Positions 49,655 through 61,079 of a stretch of DNA of 64,000 nt are shown here, in pieces; the first letter of the stretch is position 1, and every line of letters starts with the position of its first letter. The notes under the pieces are model-generated. The model ran no database searches. It worked only from the letters and a program-made list of their open reading frames with translations, and was not told where the DNA came from. The translations under genes and the position numbers were made by a program. The stretch is from Narcine bancroftii (taxonomy: Eukaryota). Location of the stretch: the NCBI RefSeq assembly GCF_036971445.1, contig NC_091476.1:108500001-108564000 (forward strand), read 5' to 3'.

Positions 49655-51201
49655 GTACTATTACAGTACTGTTTGTATGTTCTCTCTGTATTTGTATGGG
49701 TTTATTCCCACCCTTTAAAATGTACAGGGATTGTAGGCCAATTGTGATATTTGAGCATCATAGCCTCATGGGCCAGAAAAGCCTGTTACCATACTGTATG
49801 TCTAAACTCGGGAGAAAAAAATATTAAAAAGGCATATAAAAACTAAAATGCTTGATAAAGAAAATCTGAAATAAACCAGAAAATATTGGAAATACTCAGA
49901 ATATCCGACAGTAGCTGTGGAGAGAGGTTTCCAGTTAATCATCTTCCATGGACTTGAAACTCCTATCTTTGTTTCTTTCCACAGATACTTCCTTACCTGC
50001 TGAGAATTTCTAGCATTTTCTATTTCATTATATTCATAAAGTTTACACATGCCATGCAAGGTAATAATATTGCCTAATATCAAATCAGTAACATTTCTAT
50101 CATCAATCTATGTGTTCCAGGCTGTGAATGCTCTAGGCGTGCATTCATTTTGGGCCCCACATTCAGCACAACATTGTGGCCAAAGGGCCTGTACTGCATT
50201 GTAATGTTCTAATCCAATTTGTCTTTAACCAGGCTGATTCCAGCCTCTGCATTTTAATTAGTAACTTGAGGCTCACAGTTGCCCCCAACTGGTCAGTGAT
50301 GAAATGAAATTGTGTTCTGCAAAATCATTTCAAAAGCATTCTTTGTGATTTTTACAAAGCACATATTGCAGCTGATTTTAAAATCACTGGAGGGGTTCTA
50401 TAAAAAAATTGGATAGATACATGATAGGAGTGGACTGGAGGGTTATGGAATGGGTGCAGGTCAGTGGGACTAGAGGAATGAAGTTCCAGCACTGACTAGA
50501 AGGGCCAAATGGCCTGTTTTCTGTGCTGCAGTTTTCTATGGTTTTAGGGTATATTTAAAAAATATGGCCAAAATATTTCAAAAGTTTATGGTGCAATAAC
50601 CCATGATTCAATTAAGTGGGACTTTTGTTTTCAAGTTGGATATCACTGGAGAATAGCTTTTTTCCTTGCATACACAAGGTAAAGACAGCAAAATGGAAAC
50701 AAGAGACAGCAGACACCAGAATCTCCAGCACAAAAAAAAATTGCTGGAAGAACTCAGTAGCTCAGGCAGGGAAATGAGCAGTCAATATTTGGGGTTGTTA
50801 CCCTGTTTCAGATTAAGTGCTGCAGTTTGTGTACAGTATGCATCCTCCTTCTGCATCCATAGGTTTTCCTAACAAACTTCACTTTCCTCCCACATGCCAG
50901 TGAAGTGTAGGTTACTTCACTAATGTAATTTGCTTTTAGTACTGGAGAAAAGTTTTTGTTCAAACACAAGCTATTTCACTCCTTGGATGATGCCCAAGAT
51001 ATTTTCAACAGTTTGTAAACATAGCATACCCAAGGCCAAGATTTTCTGATGAAGAAAACTATTTTATACTCATTCACAATTCTGTTAAGTTTCCCCTACA
51101 ACCTTCAATGTCAAGGTCAGCATGAACATTATAGTGGTGGGTTGAAGGACCCCTTTCCTGTGCTGTACAACATTGACTTCATAGCATTTGTAAAGCAAGT
51201 A

Positions 51202-51401
51202 CAGGTACACGATCCTTTATCCAGAACCCTTGGGGGATAGTGTGTTCCGAATTTCAGATAGCCCACCCGAATTGTGCTGCCGTATCCACCCCCAGTCGCC
51301 CGGCCGCCTCCTCCAAGCGCTGGCTGCCCGGCCGCCTCTCTCCCCACTTACCGGATTTTGGAGCTTTCTGGATTTTAGATGTCCAGCTCAAGGATTACTT
51401 G
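51202..51401. mobile_element. Tc1/pogo-type MITE
   Basis: TA-flanked, with imperfect inverted ends (CAGGTA..ATCCTT / AAGGATTACTTG) and a GC-rich core. Confidence 0.5.
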
Positions 51402-51480
51402 TAAAGGAAATACTGCACTGGATTTGAAGCCAACTTTCAGTGCTGAATAATACATCATTAAATATGGCCAATGGGCCTGA

Positions 51481-52453
51481 TGTGATGGGCCCACAGGACC
51501 CCAAAACCCAGCAGCAATAAAAATTCACCAAGACAAATTGTTACTTAAACAAAATGCAATTTTAATTTTCTTTAAACGTAAAAACAGGATCAAACTTTTA
51601 ACTTACTACTATTAACTTAACCTAACTTAAGCCCCTCCTAATTCTAAGTGCATGTGTACGTAATGTGTGTGCAAGTTTAGAAAAATTCTTTGATTCACAG
51701 TCCAATCTCACTTCTCCAAGTTCACCAGTATCAGGCAATCCTTATACTGTGCACAGAATTTAACATTTATGAATCTTCATCAGGCTTTGGTGCTTGAAAG
51801 GTAAATTGTTACCGCTCAGGAAGGTTCTTGTTGGTTTTCGGAGAGATTTGTTGCTCGTTGGACACATACAAACTTATTCCTTCTGATCAGCCATTTCAGT
51901 GTCTTGCCCGAAGAAACTTGCACCATTAGGGTTTTCCAGATGATTACCTTTTTCTTTCAGGTCACCACAGAGTTCCTTCTCTGCTCATCTTATCTCAGGT
52001 GAAACATTATGCAGCCTCTTGTATGGACCACAAGGGCTTTGAACAGGCTGAACTCAGATTTCACAACCCGTCTTCAAAATGGGGTTTCAAACAAGCTTTC
52101 CAAAGTAACTGCAGGAAAACATCAGTCTCTTTCTCACACACTTAGATAAAAAACCTGTTTGACTCTCTCTGTTTGCAAAACCACCAAAACAGCTTGCTGA
52201 CCCCCAAAATCAATTCATGAGAGATCTTATCAGTTTCCTGAGATGGGCCCTTCCATTTGTGAAAAATCGCCAACACAGGAGTCTATTGTCTTTGCAGACT
52301 TGTAGGCACCACCTTATGCATAACTCTTGCATTTTAAAATGAGATCTGTTTTGAAGTGTTTGTATCTGTTTGTGACCTAACTAAAACCCCACAATTTACC
52401 TTTCAAAAACATATCTATACATAATATAAAATATAAAAAAATACTGTGTCATA
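51481..52453 (-). mobile_element. Solo LTR, same family
   Basis: TG...TA ends, 4-bp TSD CTGA (51477-51480 and 52454-52457), and homology to the other LTRs. Confidence 0.88.
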
Positions 52454-52553
52454 CTGAAAAATCCTGATTTCGTCCGAGCTCGGAAACAAAGCATACTCAA
52501 GCTTGGTCAGTACTTGAATGGAAGACCACCTGGGAATACCAGGTGCCGTAGCT
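52454..52553 (+). pseudogene. 5S rRNA pseudogene (3' ~100 nt; the 5' ~20 nt lie at 51461-51480)
   Basis: ..CCTGATTTCGTCCGAGCTCGGAAACAAAGCA..TGGTCAGTACTTGAATGGAAGACCACCTGGGAATACCAGGTGCCGTAG aligns with vertebrate 5S, with many substitutions. Confidence 0.88.
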
Positions 52554-52555
52554 AA

Positions 52556-52776
52556 GGGGCAGCATGGTTAAAGTAGTGGATAGCTCAAGGCTGTTACAGT
52601 GCCAGTGACCCAGGTTCAAATCTGGCACTGTCTCCCCCAAGTCTATGTGGGTTTCCTCTGGTTTCCTCCCATCGTTCAAAAATATAGGTGTAGGCCTATC
52701 AGGTGTAATTGGGCACATGAACTTGTGGGCGAAAAGTGTCTATTACTGCGCTGAATGATTAAATGGAAAAAAAAAA
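52556..52776 (+). mobile_element. tRNA-derived V-SINE (HE1-like)
   Basis: B box GGTTCAAATC, V-domain-like TGTGGGTTTCCTCTGGTTTCCTCCCA, and an A-rich end. Confidence 0.75.
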
Positions 52777-52942
52777 TTTGTAATACAGGGACATTTTGGG
52801 ATATACAATCAAAAAAAAGGCAAAATAATTTCAATCCAAGTAGCATGATATTTTACTATACAATTCATTACAAGCACAGAACATAATGATAATACCAAGC
52901 ATGTCAAAGCAAGATGGTTTGGGACCCAATAATTAACAATAT

Positions 52943-52948
52943 TTTATT
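52943..52948 (-). terminator. Candidate SC5D polyadenylation signal AATAAA
   Basis: tttatt on the + strand, ~520 nt past the stop in an AT-rich 3'UTR. Confidence 0.4.
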
Positions 52949-53465
52949 TCACATGTAATGCTATTCATCACTGAACAGCAACAGTACATTTCCAAGACAT
53001 TTGAAATGCAAGGCCAATTTTATAGCATAGTTTCTTTTAATGTATAATTACAGTCACAATAATCCAGATATTTCATCAACCACTATTCTTATTATGACAT
53101 CTTTCATAATTAAAAATAGACAACCTAGAATCACCTGTACCCAAAAGGAGAAGTGCAGAGCAATACTAAAGCACTTGTTTCAATAGTACATCAAAGGAAT
53201 GATACACAAGAGTTCCAGATACTTTGTGCTACATTTAATATGTAGCCAACTTCATACTTTCTAGAAAACTATATCCAATCAGAAAAGCGATATGGATCCA
53301 CACCACATCTCACAAGTTTATTCTCTTCATTTCAAATTGGTCTGTTGCAATAATGCAGAAAATATTAGCAAATGACTGGGTAGATTGTGTGTCAGAATTG
53401 TTCTGGGCTCAGTAAATGGGCACCACTGGTATTTAGCATGGGTAGCAATGGAGAAATAGAGCTAC

Positions 53466-53915
53466 TCATTCTTCTTTCTGGGCTCTCTTGTTGGAAGAGT
53501 GAGCATCAGTGGAAGCTCCATCAAACAGCTTTCCCTTGGTCTTCAGGATCCTCAGGTAATCCTGTGGCCCTTTGCCTTCCAAGCCTGAGGGGTACTTGTA
53601 GGAGCCTCCAATGCGGTCCCACAATGTGAAGTACTGTCCATAGTTATAGTCAAAGTACAGATGGTGATCTGTGTGATGAGCTGAGCCATTAATGACATTC
53701 TCGAGAACTCTGGGCACTCTGTAGTCACCGTCATGAATGGACACAGTCCAGATGTTGACAAAGATGTAGAGTCCCAGGTAGACCACCTTGTGCAGTGGGA
53801 AGAGGAATGGATAGATGTGATAAGGGATGCTCTGTAGGAAACCGTCCACTGGGTGAAAAGCATGACTTGCAAATGGTGTCGGAATCTTCCAAATATGATG
53901 AGGTTTGTGTAAGTG
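53466..53915 (-). CDS. SC5D: SC5D last coding exon
   Basis: HLHKPHH...[14 protein letters not shown]...[28 protein letters not shown], containing His boxes 2 and 3. Total CDS is 894 nt = 297 aa. Confidence 0.96.
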   Translation of the reverse strand, partial: HLHKPHHIWKIPTPFASHAFHPVDGFLQSIPYHIYPFLFPLHKVVYLGLYIFVNIWTVSIHDGDYRVPRVLENVINGSAHHTDHHLYFDYNYGQYFTLWDRIGGSYKYPSGLEGKGPQDYLRILKTKGKLFDGASTDAHSSNKRAQKEE

Positions 53916-54261
53916 CTGCAAACAATACCAGTTGTTACAAGAATTCACACATTAAATGCTCACAATAAAAAATGTGTTTCTTGTGACACTCTTAAAGTCT
54001 ACCCTCCAGACCATTAATCACTTGTAGTAAAGCAAAGTTAGTTGAAATAATAAAATGACACCCTGGTGTTTTATTATTTAAACAGAATGTACAAGGGACA
54101 TGAAGTCAAGAATATCCTTTCAGGCATGCATTCAATGATAATTTTCAAAAAGGGAACTGGCTTTATAGATAGATAAAAGTCAGAATTTGGAGTCCAGAGG
54201 GTAGCAGCAGCATTTGGAGGTTTGAAAGCAACTGAAAAGCCTATAAAGCATAGGCAAAAGA

Positions 54262-54350
54262 GAAATATGCTGGACTATGTAATGAGATAGCAACTAGCCA
54301 AATCGGAAATGTGCTGGACTATGTAATGAGATAGCAACTAGCCAAATCGG
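54262..54350. repeat. 44-bp tandem duplication in an SC5D intron
   Basis: GAAAT(A/G)TGCTGGACTATGTAATGAGATAGCAACTAGCCAAATCG occurs twice. Confidence 0.9.
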
Positions 54351-54389
54351 ATTACTTTGATTCCAATGACAAACCTCTGAAATGTACAT

Positions 54390-54965
54390 AGAGTATAAAA
54401 GTGAGGAAGTCACCCTGCTGCTATACAAAGCTTTGGTTGTACCACACTAGGAGTACTGAGAGTTTAGAATACTCCAAATGTAGTCATCCTTACTTGGAAA
54501 GTGTAGAAAAGAGATTTAGCAGGATTTGCCTGGATTAGAGGGTGTTAGCAATGGGGAGAGACTGGACAAACTAAGGTTGTTTTCTCTGAAGTGGAAGCCG
54601 AGGTGAGACCTGATAGCTTTATAGAATTATGAGAGCCATTGATAGGGTAGGCAGTTGGAAAATTTTTGCCCAGGGCAAGTTATGTCACATACTCAAGGAC
54701 ATACATTTAAAGTAGGGAGGGGATAGTTTAAAGAAGATTTTGGGGCAATTTTTTTTTTACAACATAAGAGTGGCAGGTACTCCAAATGGCCTGTCAGGCG
54801 TAGTGTGCAAGCACAAAAGCAGTACCATTTAAGCAGCCTCTAGACAGATACATGAATATGCAGGGAATAAAGGGATATGTATCATATGCAAGCAGCAGAG
54901 AATTTATTTAACATGCATCAAGTTTGGGGCAAAGATATGGGCCGAAGAGTCTGTTTCTGTCCTAT
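54390..54965 (+). mobile_element. Decayed CR1 3' fragment in an SC5D intron
   Basis: LYKALVVPH*EY remnant and GGGCCGAAGAGTCTGTTTCTGT tail. Confidence 0.65.
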
Positions 54966-55036
54966 AAATCAACCAATGGCCATCCCAAGATCTATTCAAC
55001 TAAATAAAACTAGTCATCTAAAGCCAATATTCTTAC

Positions 55037-55137
55037 TTTATAGATGAGCCTATGATGAAGAATCCGATGGATCCAGTAGATACACATGTCTGTGAAGAAG
55101 AGGAAGGAGATCATACTGAGCACCACTCCAAACCAAC
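55037..55137 (-). CDS. SC5D: SC5D coding exon 3
   Basis: 101 nt, GWFGVVLSMISFLFFTDMCIYWIHRILHHRLIYK, containing the first His box. Confidence 0.95.
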
Positions 55138-56003
55138 CTGAAAAGAAAGGTTGTAGGCTCAGTATACATTTTACTCAACCGTGGTCCATCATTACATAAC
55201 ATCAGTGTCTTGGACTCAGATTTGGCAAGTGAGTGGGCGTTAAGAACTTTCCTTATGGATGAAAGTCTCCTTTTTGATACCCATAGCCATTTTAACTTAT
55301 TCCTTGCAGTTACACTAACTTGCATTTTAACAATGCAGTATTCATTCTCAAACATTCAAGGATGCTTTCAAGACCATGATAAAACAGAGTTTGACAGAAG
55401 CAGGAAAGGTAACATGTTCTAACATTTCAACAAGAAGGCAGGGTTATTTTGAACATTAAACAGAGTGGCTTAAAGAAAATCCAGATCTCAGAGCATTCAC
55501 AGGTCGAATCAAATCTAACTCAGGGTCATACAAGAAAATAGGAGCAGGAGTAGATCATCTGATCTTTCAACATGATCATACCTGACATTCTCCTGTTCTC
55601 CACTCCTCTTCAGTGTCAGTTCCCCATAGTCTTTAATTACCCAATTTTTAACAATTTATCTACATCCTCTTGAAATACCTCTAATCTCCACAACTTGTGA
55701 GAGTAGAGCTCTGTCATCCTTTGTGTGGATGAAATCCATACATCTCAGTTCGAAAACTGTTGCTATGCCTTGTACCCCATCCCCTTATTTGATGCTCTGC
55801 CCCTGATGAAAAACTAGCCCCTCAACTAAACCAACAAGCTCAGCATTGTAACTGTCAACTTTTGCCTTGCTGTTAAAGGATGAATTTCAACAGTGCAACG
55901 AGATGAAGTAAAAGTGGTAAACATCCAGCTCCAAGTGGAAAATCCTCTAGATTAGCCCATATCCCAGTTCTGTTGCAGGCTTTTTCTAAAACCACAAACT
56001 TAC

Positions 56004-56136
56004 CATAAGGAGAATCCTCGATATTATCATACAGTTTGCTGTAGCCACGGATTTCTGCAAAGAAAAGTCCAACTGTTGGAATACTTATCCATGGAAGTGA
56101 TTGCATCGCATACTTTATTTCCCGTTGCACTTGATT
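56004..56136 (-). CDS. SC5D: SC5D coding exon 2
   Basis: 133 nt, NQVQREIKYAMQSLPWISIPTVGLFFAEIRGYSKLYDNIEDSPY, canonical splice sites. Confidence 0.95.
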
Positions 56137-57050
56137 CTACAGGAGAGAGAAAACAAGTTCATCACAGGCTGCTCCCATATTACTGCAATTGGGTAATGGA
56201 TATTTTCCCTTAGAGAAATCATTACCCAATAATTTGAGAGATGAAATAACATTCACTTTCATAGAATTTATGGGTAAAAAGTAAATAAAATGACAACTTT
56301 TTTACCCAACAGATAATCATACACAGTTAATGCACCTTCAGTAATGTAAAATTGCAATGTAGACCATTTTCTAGGAATGCAAGCCCTCCATAATGCAGGA
56401 ATTGCCCATCATTGTTTCAATAACCACACTAAACCTACTTAAGTTGACAGCTTCCAAAAAATTCACAATGACCCAAGCAATTCAAAAATATTTTCAAATT
56501 GTGGGTCAGGGTAAGGTTCTCTCTCTCTATGGAATTAGGTATGGTCTCATCCTGTTTCAACAATTAGGAACAGTCTTTTCACATTTAAATTTGATTCTCA
56601 GGTTTACTTTCTATATTTTTGCACATCTTTGCAACTACAGAAACTATTAATACACTAATTAATCTGCAGATGGATCTTTACACCTATTAATCTTCAAATA
56701 AGCAAAACCATAACTTTTAATATCTCAACTTATGTCCTATAACACTCACAAAATAAAGATAGACAAATTTAAATAGCATCACAGGTGAGGTAACACAGAC
56801 AAAAGGTTAGAAATTTGCTGGAGCAAGGAGTGGAAGAATTGCTCCACGTTTTCAAATCACATTTGAAATGAGAAAGAGACCCCTTAAAGCACAACTTAGA
56901 CAGCAAATTACACTGGATCAGAAAATATAATTGAGGGACATGGGTGGTCTAACACCCACACACAGTGTGGACAATACCCAGTAGTCTGAAATCAAATCTC
57001 CATTTCCTGCACAAAAATTTTCATGTAACTTTCATGAATATAACACTTAC

Positions 57051-57260
57051 CGGCAAATATTGTGGGTGGTTCTTCAGTGCATGATCAAAAATAAAATAAT
57101 AGCTCAATGTTCCAAAACAGAAATATATAGCTGTAGCTCCAAGATTAGTTACAACCAGGAGGCTAATTAGCTGGCGTAGAGTGTCCTGCTCTGGCCAGGA
57201 GCTGGGGTATACATATGGTGTGAAAATGTAGTAGTCTGCATAATGTAATACGATGTCCAT
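57051..57260 (-). CDS. SC5D: Lathosterol oxidase (sterol C5-desaturase), first coding exon
   Basis: 210 nt, MDIVLHYADYYIFTPYVYPSSWPEQDTLRQLISLL...HPQYLP|gtaagt, with Kozak GCCATGG and an acceptor at 57269-57270. Confidence 0.95.
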
Positions 57261-58627
57261 GGCATTACCTGCAAATCAAAAGAAGGTCTCAGTAGTTAAT
57301 TAGGTACTGAGTCAATCCACAATGGAGATTCCAGGTATCACACCTGTTTCAGAACGTTGACCATGGTTTACTCAAATGACTTGATCGGAATACTGTATAA
57401 CATACCCTCTGCATTTCAACTCAATTACTTGTTCATTTCAGACACACTCATCCACATCGGTTTTGATAAAGACTGTGACTTTATCATTTACAGTTTCCTT
57501 GTATAAAATGACAAAAGAAAATTCAGACCAAAGAGTTTAAGCTAACTGTGAACAATTCCATTACTTTACCAAAACTTGCAAAATTTACAACTGTCAAGAG
57601 GCATTTTTTGCCTGGAAGCTGTTAATAAAACACTGCAGAATGTCACACATGCACAATAGCAAGATTGATCTTATCTGTAGGATTTCACTTAAGGTTAGCA
57701 ATTTAAAAAGAATGGAAGCTATGTCTCAATTACAGCTCATGCAGGTTACCCAAGTTTTTCTCACAATGAAAAATGCAGTAAGGACAATTCTACTAAATGA
57801 CAATTTTTAAATTATGATGGGTGATCTACATTGACTATCATGCAAATTAACGATATTACTTTGCACAATAGATTGCACTGTCCTGATGGCAACACTTTTT
57901 AAATAACTAGTAATCCAGACATATTAATTCAAATCCTGAATAGATGTGATACATATATTTATTTAATCACATCATCTGAAAAAAAAGTCTTGCATTTGCA
58001 ACCATTGCACTAATGTCATTGACTTTTAAAAACTTTCCAAAAAGGGTTTTAAACAATAACTTTTAACATGCACCACTTGGATTCCTGCACGACAGTTCAT
58101 CTTGCAAACCCTCCTCACGAGGGCAGAGAACATGAGTGCTTATAATTGACTGAAACATTGCCTCTGACTGAGCTGGTCAAGTCATGAGAAATAGCTGTCA
58201 GATTGGGCCAGAGGTAAACCAACGAGGTAAACTTCATTCTCATCAATGCATCTAGTGCAGATATAGTCCTCCTTTTCAACACTGGTAGGAACAATAACCA
58301 GTCTTTATAGACATCATAGTGAAGACATCTTTCAGCACATAGGACTGGACTGATCAGATCTAGCAGATAAAAACTAGACATCCATTAGATGCCGTGAGCC
58401 ATCAGCAGCAAAGTTTAGTCAATCATAATCTTCACTATTACAATCAAGTCAAGGACCCACCCTGGAGTACAGAAGGACATGTTTGATGCAGCACTTCACA
58501 ATGTTGTAAATGAGGACTACCTAGTAAAAATTGCATCCAAGAGAGATACACAACTTCTCCTTGGTGCAAAACAGACACACAAACAGACATAACACACATA
58601 CAGACGAAAAATACATGCAGGGCACAT

Positions 58628-58867
58628 GCAGATGAGCACCCATACCCGCAGATGAGCACCCATACCCGCAGATGAGCACCCATACCCGCAGATGAGCACC
58701 CATACCCGCAGATGAGCACCCATACCCGCAGATGAGCACCCATACCCGCAGATGAGCACCCATACCCGCAGATGAGCACCCATACCCGCAGATGAGCACC
58801 CATACCCGCAGATGAGCACCCATACCCGCAGATGAGCACCCATACCCGCAGATGAGCACCCATACAC
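58628..58867. repeat. Minisatellite, 12 x 20 bp (GCAGATGAGCACCCATACCC)
   Basis: 11 perfect units plus one with a single mismatch. Confidence 0.97.
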
Positions 58868-59079
58868 GCGCACACGTAGAATAGAAGGGTGTCTGTAACC
58901 ACGGTTAGAACGGCAGGCTCCTCACGAATGGCTTGATCGCAACGACACAAAAAGCTCTGCACCCTCACTTGCACACACATTGCCTCCCGATATGGGAGAA
59001 GGGAGTTCGGCTCATCGGGTCGAAGCTTGTTCACACATTCCCTACAACCCACTTCCATCCACGCTCGCCAAACACCCAC

Positions 59080-59520
59080 CTTCCCACAGGCAACTTCGGA
59101 CCTTGCGGATCAAAGGGCTGCGTCCTTGTCACTGAACCGAGCACCAAATTCCCAACCTCCCACGAGCACCCCGAAGCTGACAATAAGACCCGCCCTCCCG
59201 GTCCCAAATTGACAGCTGGAAGCAGCCAATCGAAATACGCCATTCCAAGCCTCTCACTGATTGTTCGGTTGGACCGCACCGCCTGCTCAAGAGGGTCGGA
59301 AGTAGCCAATGATAGAAGGAGGGTGGGAACAAATCGGACGAATCAGATCTGACAAGGTCGAGCTCGGTGGCACGCACATGACGTTTGTTCAGCTTCGGCT
59401 GTGATTGGCTGAGCAGTCGCCTGACCAATTACATCACGAATAGAACCACCAGCCGCTCTCTCTGCAAGAACAGTAAACCTTAGAATTAAAGGGCCGGATC
59501 CTGGACCACAGCGCTCGCTG
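59080..59520 (-). promoter_or_regulatory. SC5D non-coding exon 1 and promoter
   Basis: CpG-rich, with an AAG|gtgggt donor at 59079, a GC box (CCCGCCC ~59189), four CCAAT/ATTGG boxes (~59226, 59306, 59404, 59425) and ETS CGGAAG (~59297). This NF-Y/Sp1 layout is typical of sterol-regulated promoters. Confidence 0.7.
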
Positions 59521-60499
59521 ATAGCACTGAGAATTACCATAATCTGTGAATATTTATTTATCCATCATTTTATATTTATTACTTATTTTGTCTCATGACA
59601 CATTATGAAAATTAAGTTAATAATTTTGTTGTTGGTGTATTTTGTGTGGCTGCAGCAAGAATGTTGGTGAATCTGTACCTATGTATATGACAATAAAATC
59701 TCATACTGATCTGCACCATTGAGTCACTCAGAGATTGCAGTTTCTGGGATCTGAAACGAAACAGTTCCTCTGCAGGAGGAACTAAGTGGGTCGAGCACCA
59801 TCATTGGGAGATAAAAGAATGGTTGACTTTTCAAGGCCTCTATATCGAGATTGGGAAGACGTAGAGGAGGAGCCAGTGGAAAGAGAACAGGGTAGGAGGG
59901 GTGAGGGGTCCCAAGTGGGGTTGTTGAATCAGGGATGGACAGAGGCAGAAGATTGGCAGATGTCAGGCAAGAGAGAGGGAAGGGGTCACGTCAGGCGGAG
60001 GAAGATGAGTCGTATAGGGTGGAATGAGTGAATAGATAGATAAAGGTTGCCTATGTTGAAATCTGATAAGAAGAGAAAGTGAGAATAATGGTATAAAGCC
60101 ATTCTCGATGGGGGTTGTACACCCCCACCCCCAACCCCTTGGCACATTTAAAGGGGATAGGGACCAAAATCATTAAATATTATTATGTAGAGAGAAGTAT
60201 GGAAGAAACTAACTAAACACTGCTTCACAGGGAAGGGGGGCGGGAGTGGAGCATAAACTTTGAGAAGAGTCCTAAGGGGTCCATAGCCAAATTAAAGTTG
60301 AAAAATGCTGATCTAAAGAGAGGCCAGATGGAATGGGTGGGGGGGGGGGGGGGGTAGAGTTGGGAGAAGAAAGCAGAAGAGTCAAGATGGGAAATGGTGG
60401 TGGATGGAGATGGAATTAAAGCAAAGGGGGTGAGAAAGGACAGGAGATTGGTTGGGAAAAGAGATTTTAAAAAATGGGGAAAGGCAACCACAGGAATTG

Positions 60500-60815
60500 T
60501 AACACTTTCTCTTCCCTTGCCACCATCCAGGATCCAAAACAGCCTTACATGTGAGGCAAAGATTCATGTTCACCTTCTCTAACCTCGTCCACTTCATTCA
60601 ATGTTCTCGATGTAGTCTCCTCCCTGAATGAAATAGTAATCCTCAGGTCCTTGTTGGGTGCCATTTCAGCTCCTTTCCCATTCCCACACCAACCTGTCTG
60701 TTCTCCACTGTCAAAGTGAATCCCAATGTCTACTAGAGGAACAACACCTCATCTTTCGCCTGGGCACTCTGAATCCCTATGTTATGAACATGGAATTTTC
60801 TAATTTTGAGTAATG
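60500..60815 (+). mobile_element. Penelope-like element fragment
   Basis: LEEQHLIFRLGTLNPYVMNMEFSNF remnant. Confidence 0.6.
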
Positions 60816-61079
60816 AGTCCCCTCTCTCTTCTTCTGTATCCATCTGCTCTTCCCATCCCTTTTAATTTGTTACAGTTGAATTAAATATTTTTCTGTAAAA
60901 TTCTTAACAATCGCTAATGTATTTTTAATAGTCTTGGAGAAATGCTATCTCATCTTTATTGTGCAAATATGGTATAAACGATAAAGAAAGGTGACTTGAC
61001 TTGGCTTATCTTGAGTGGAGGAAGAAAAGATTATGTGAAAATTGCATGCATTGTTAGAAGTCAATGATCTGTACATGGT

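Noticed and set aside
52454-52553. Functional 5S rRNA gene
   Set aside because: Many substitutions, LTR interruption, no T-run terminator and no tandem array.
58628-58867. CRISPR-like array, or repetitive ORFs 58444-59079
   Set aside because: Head-to-tail units with no spacers in a eukaryotic intron; the ORFs are minisatellite artefacts.
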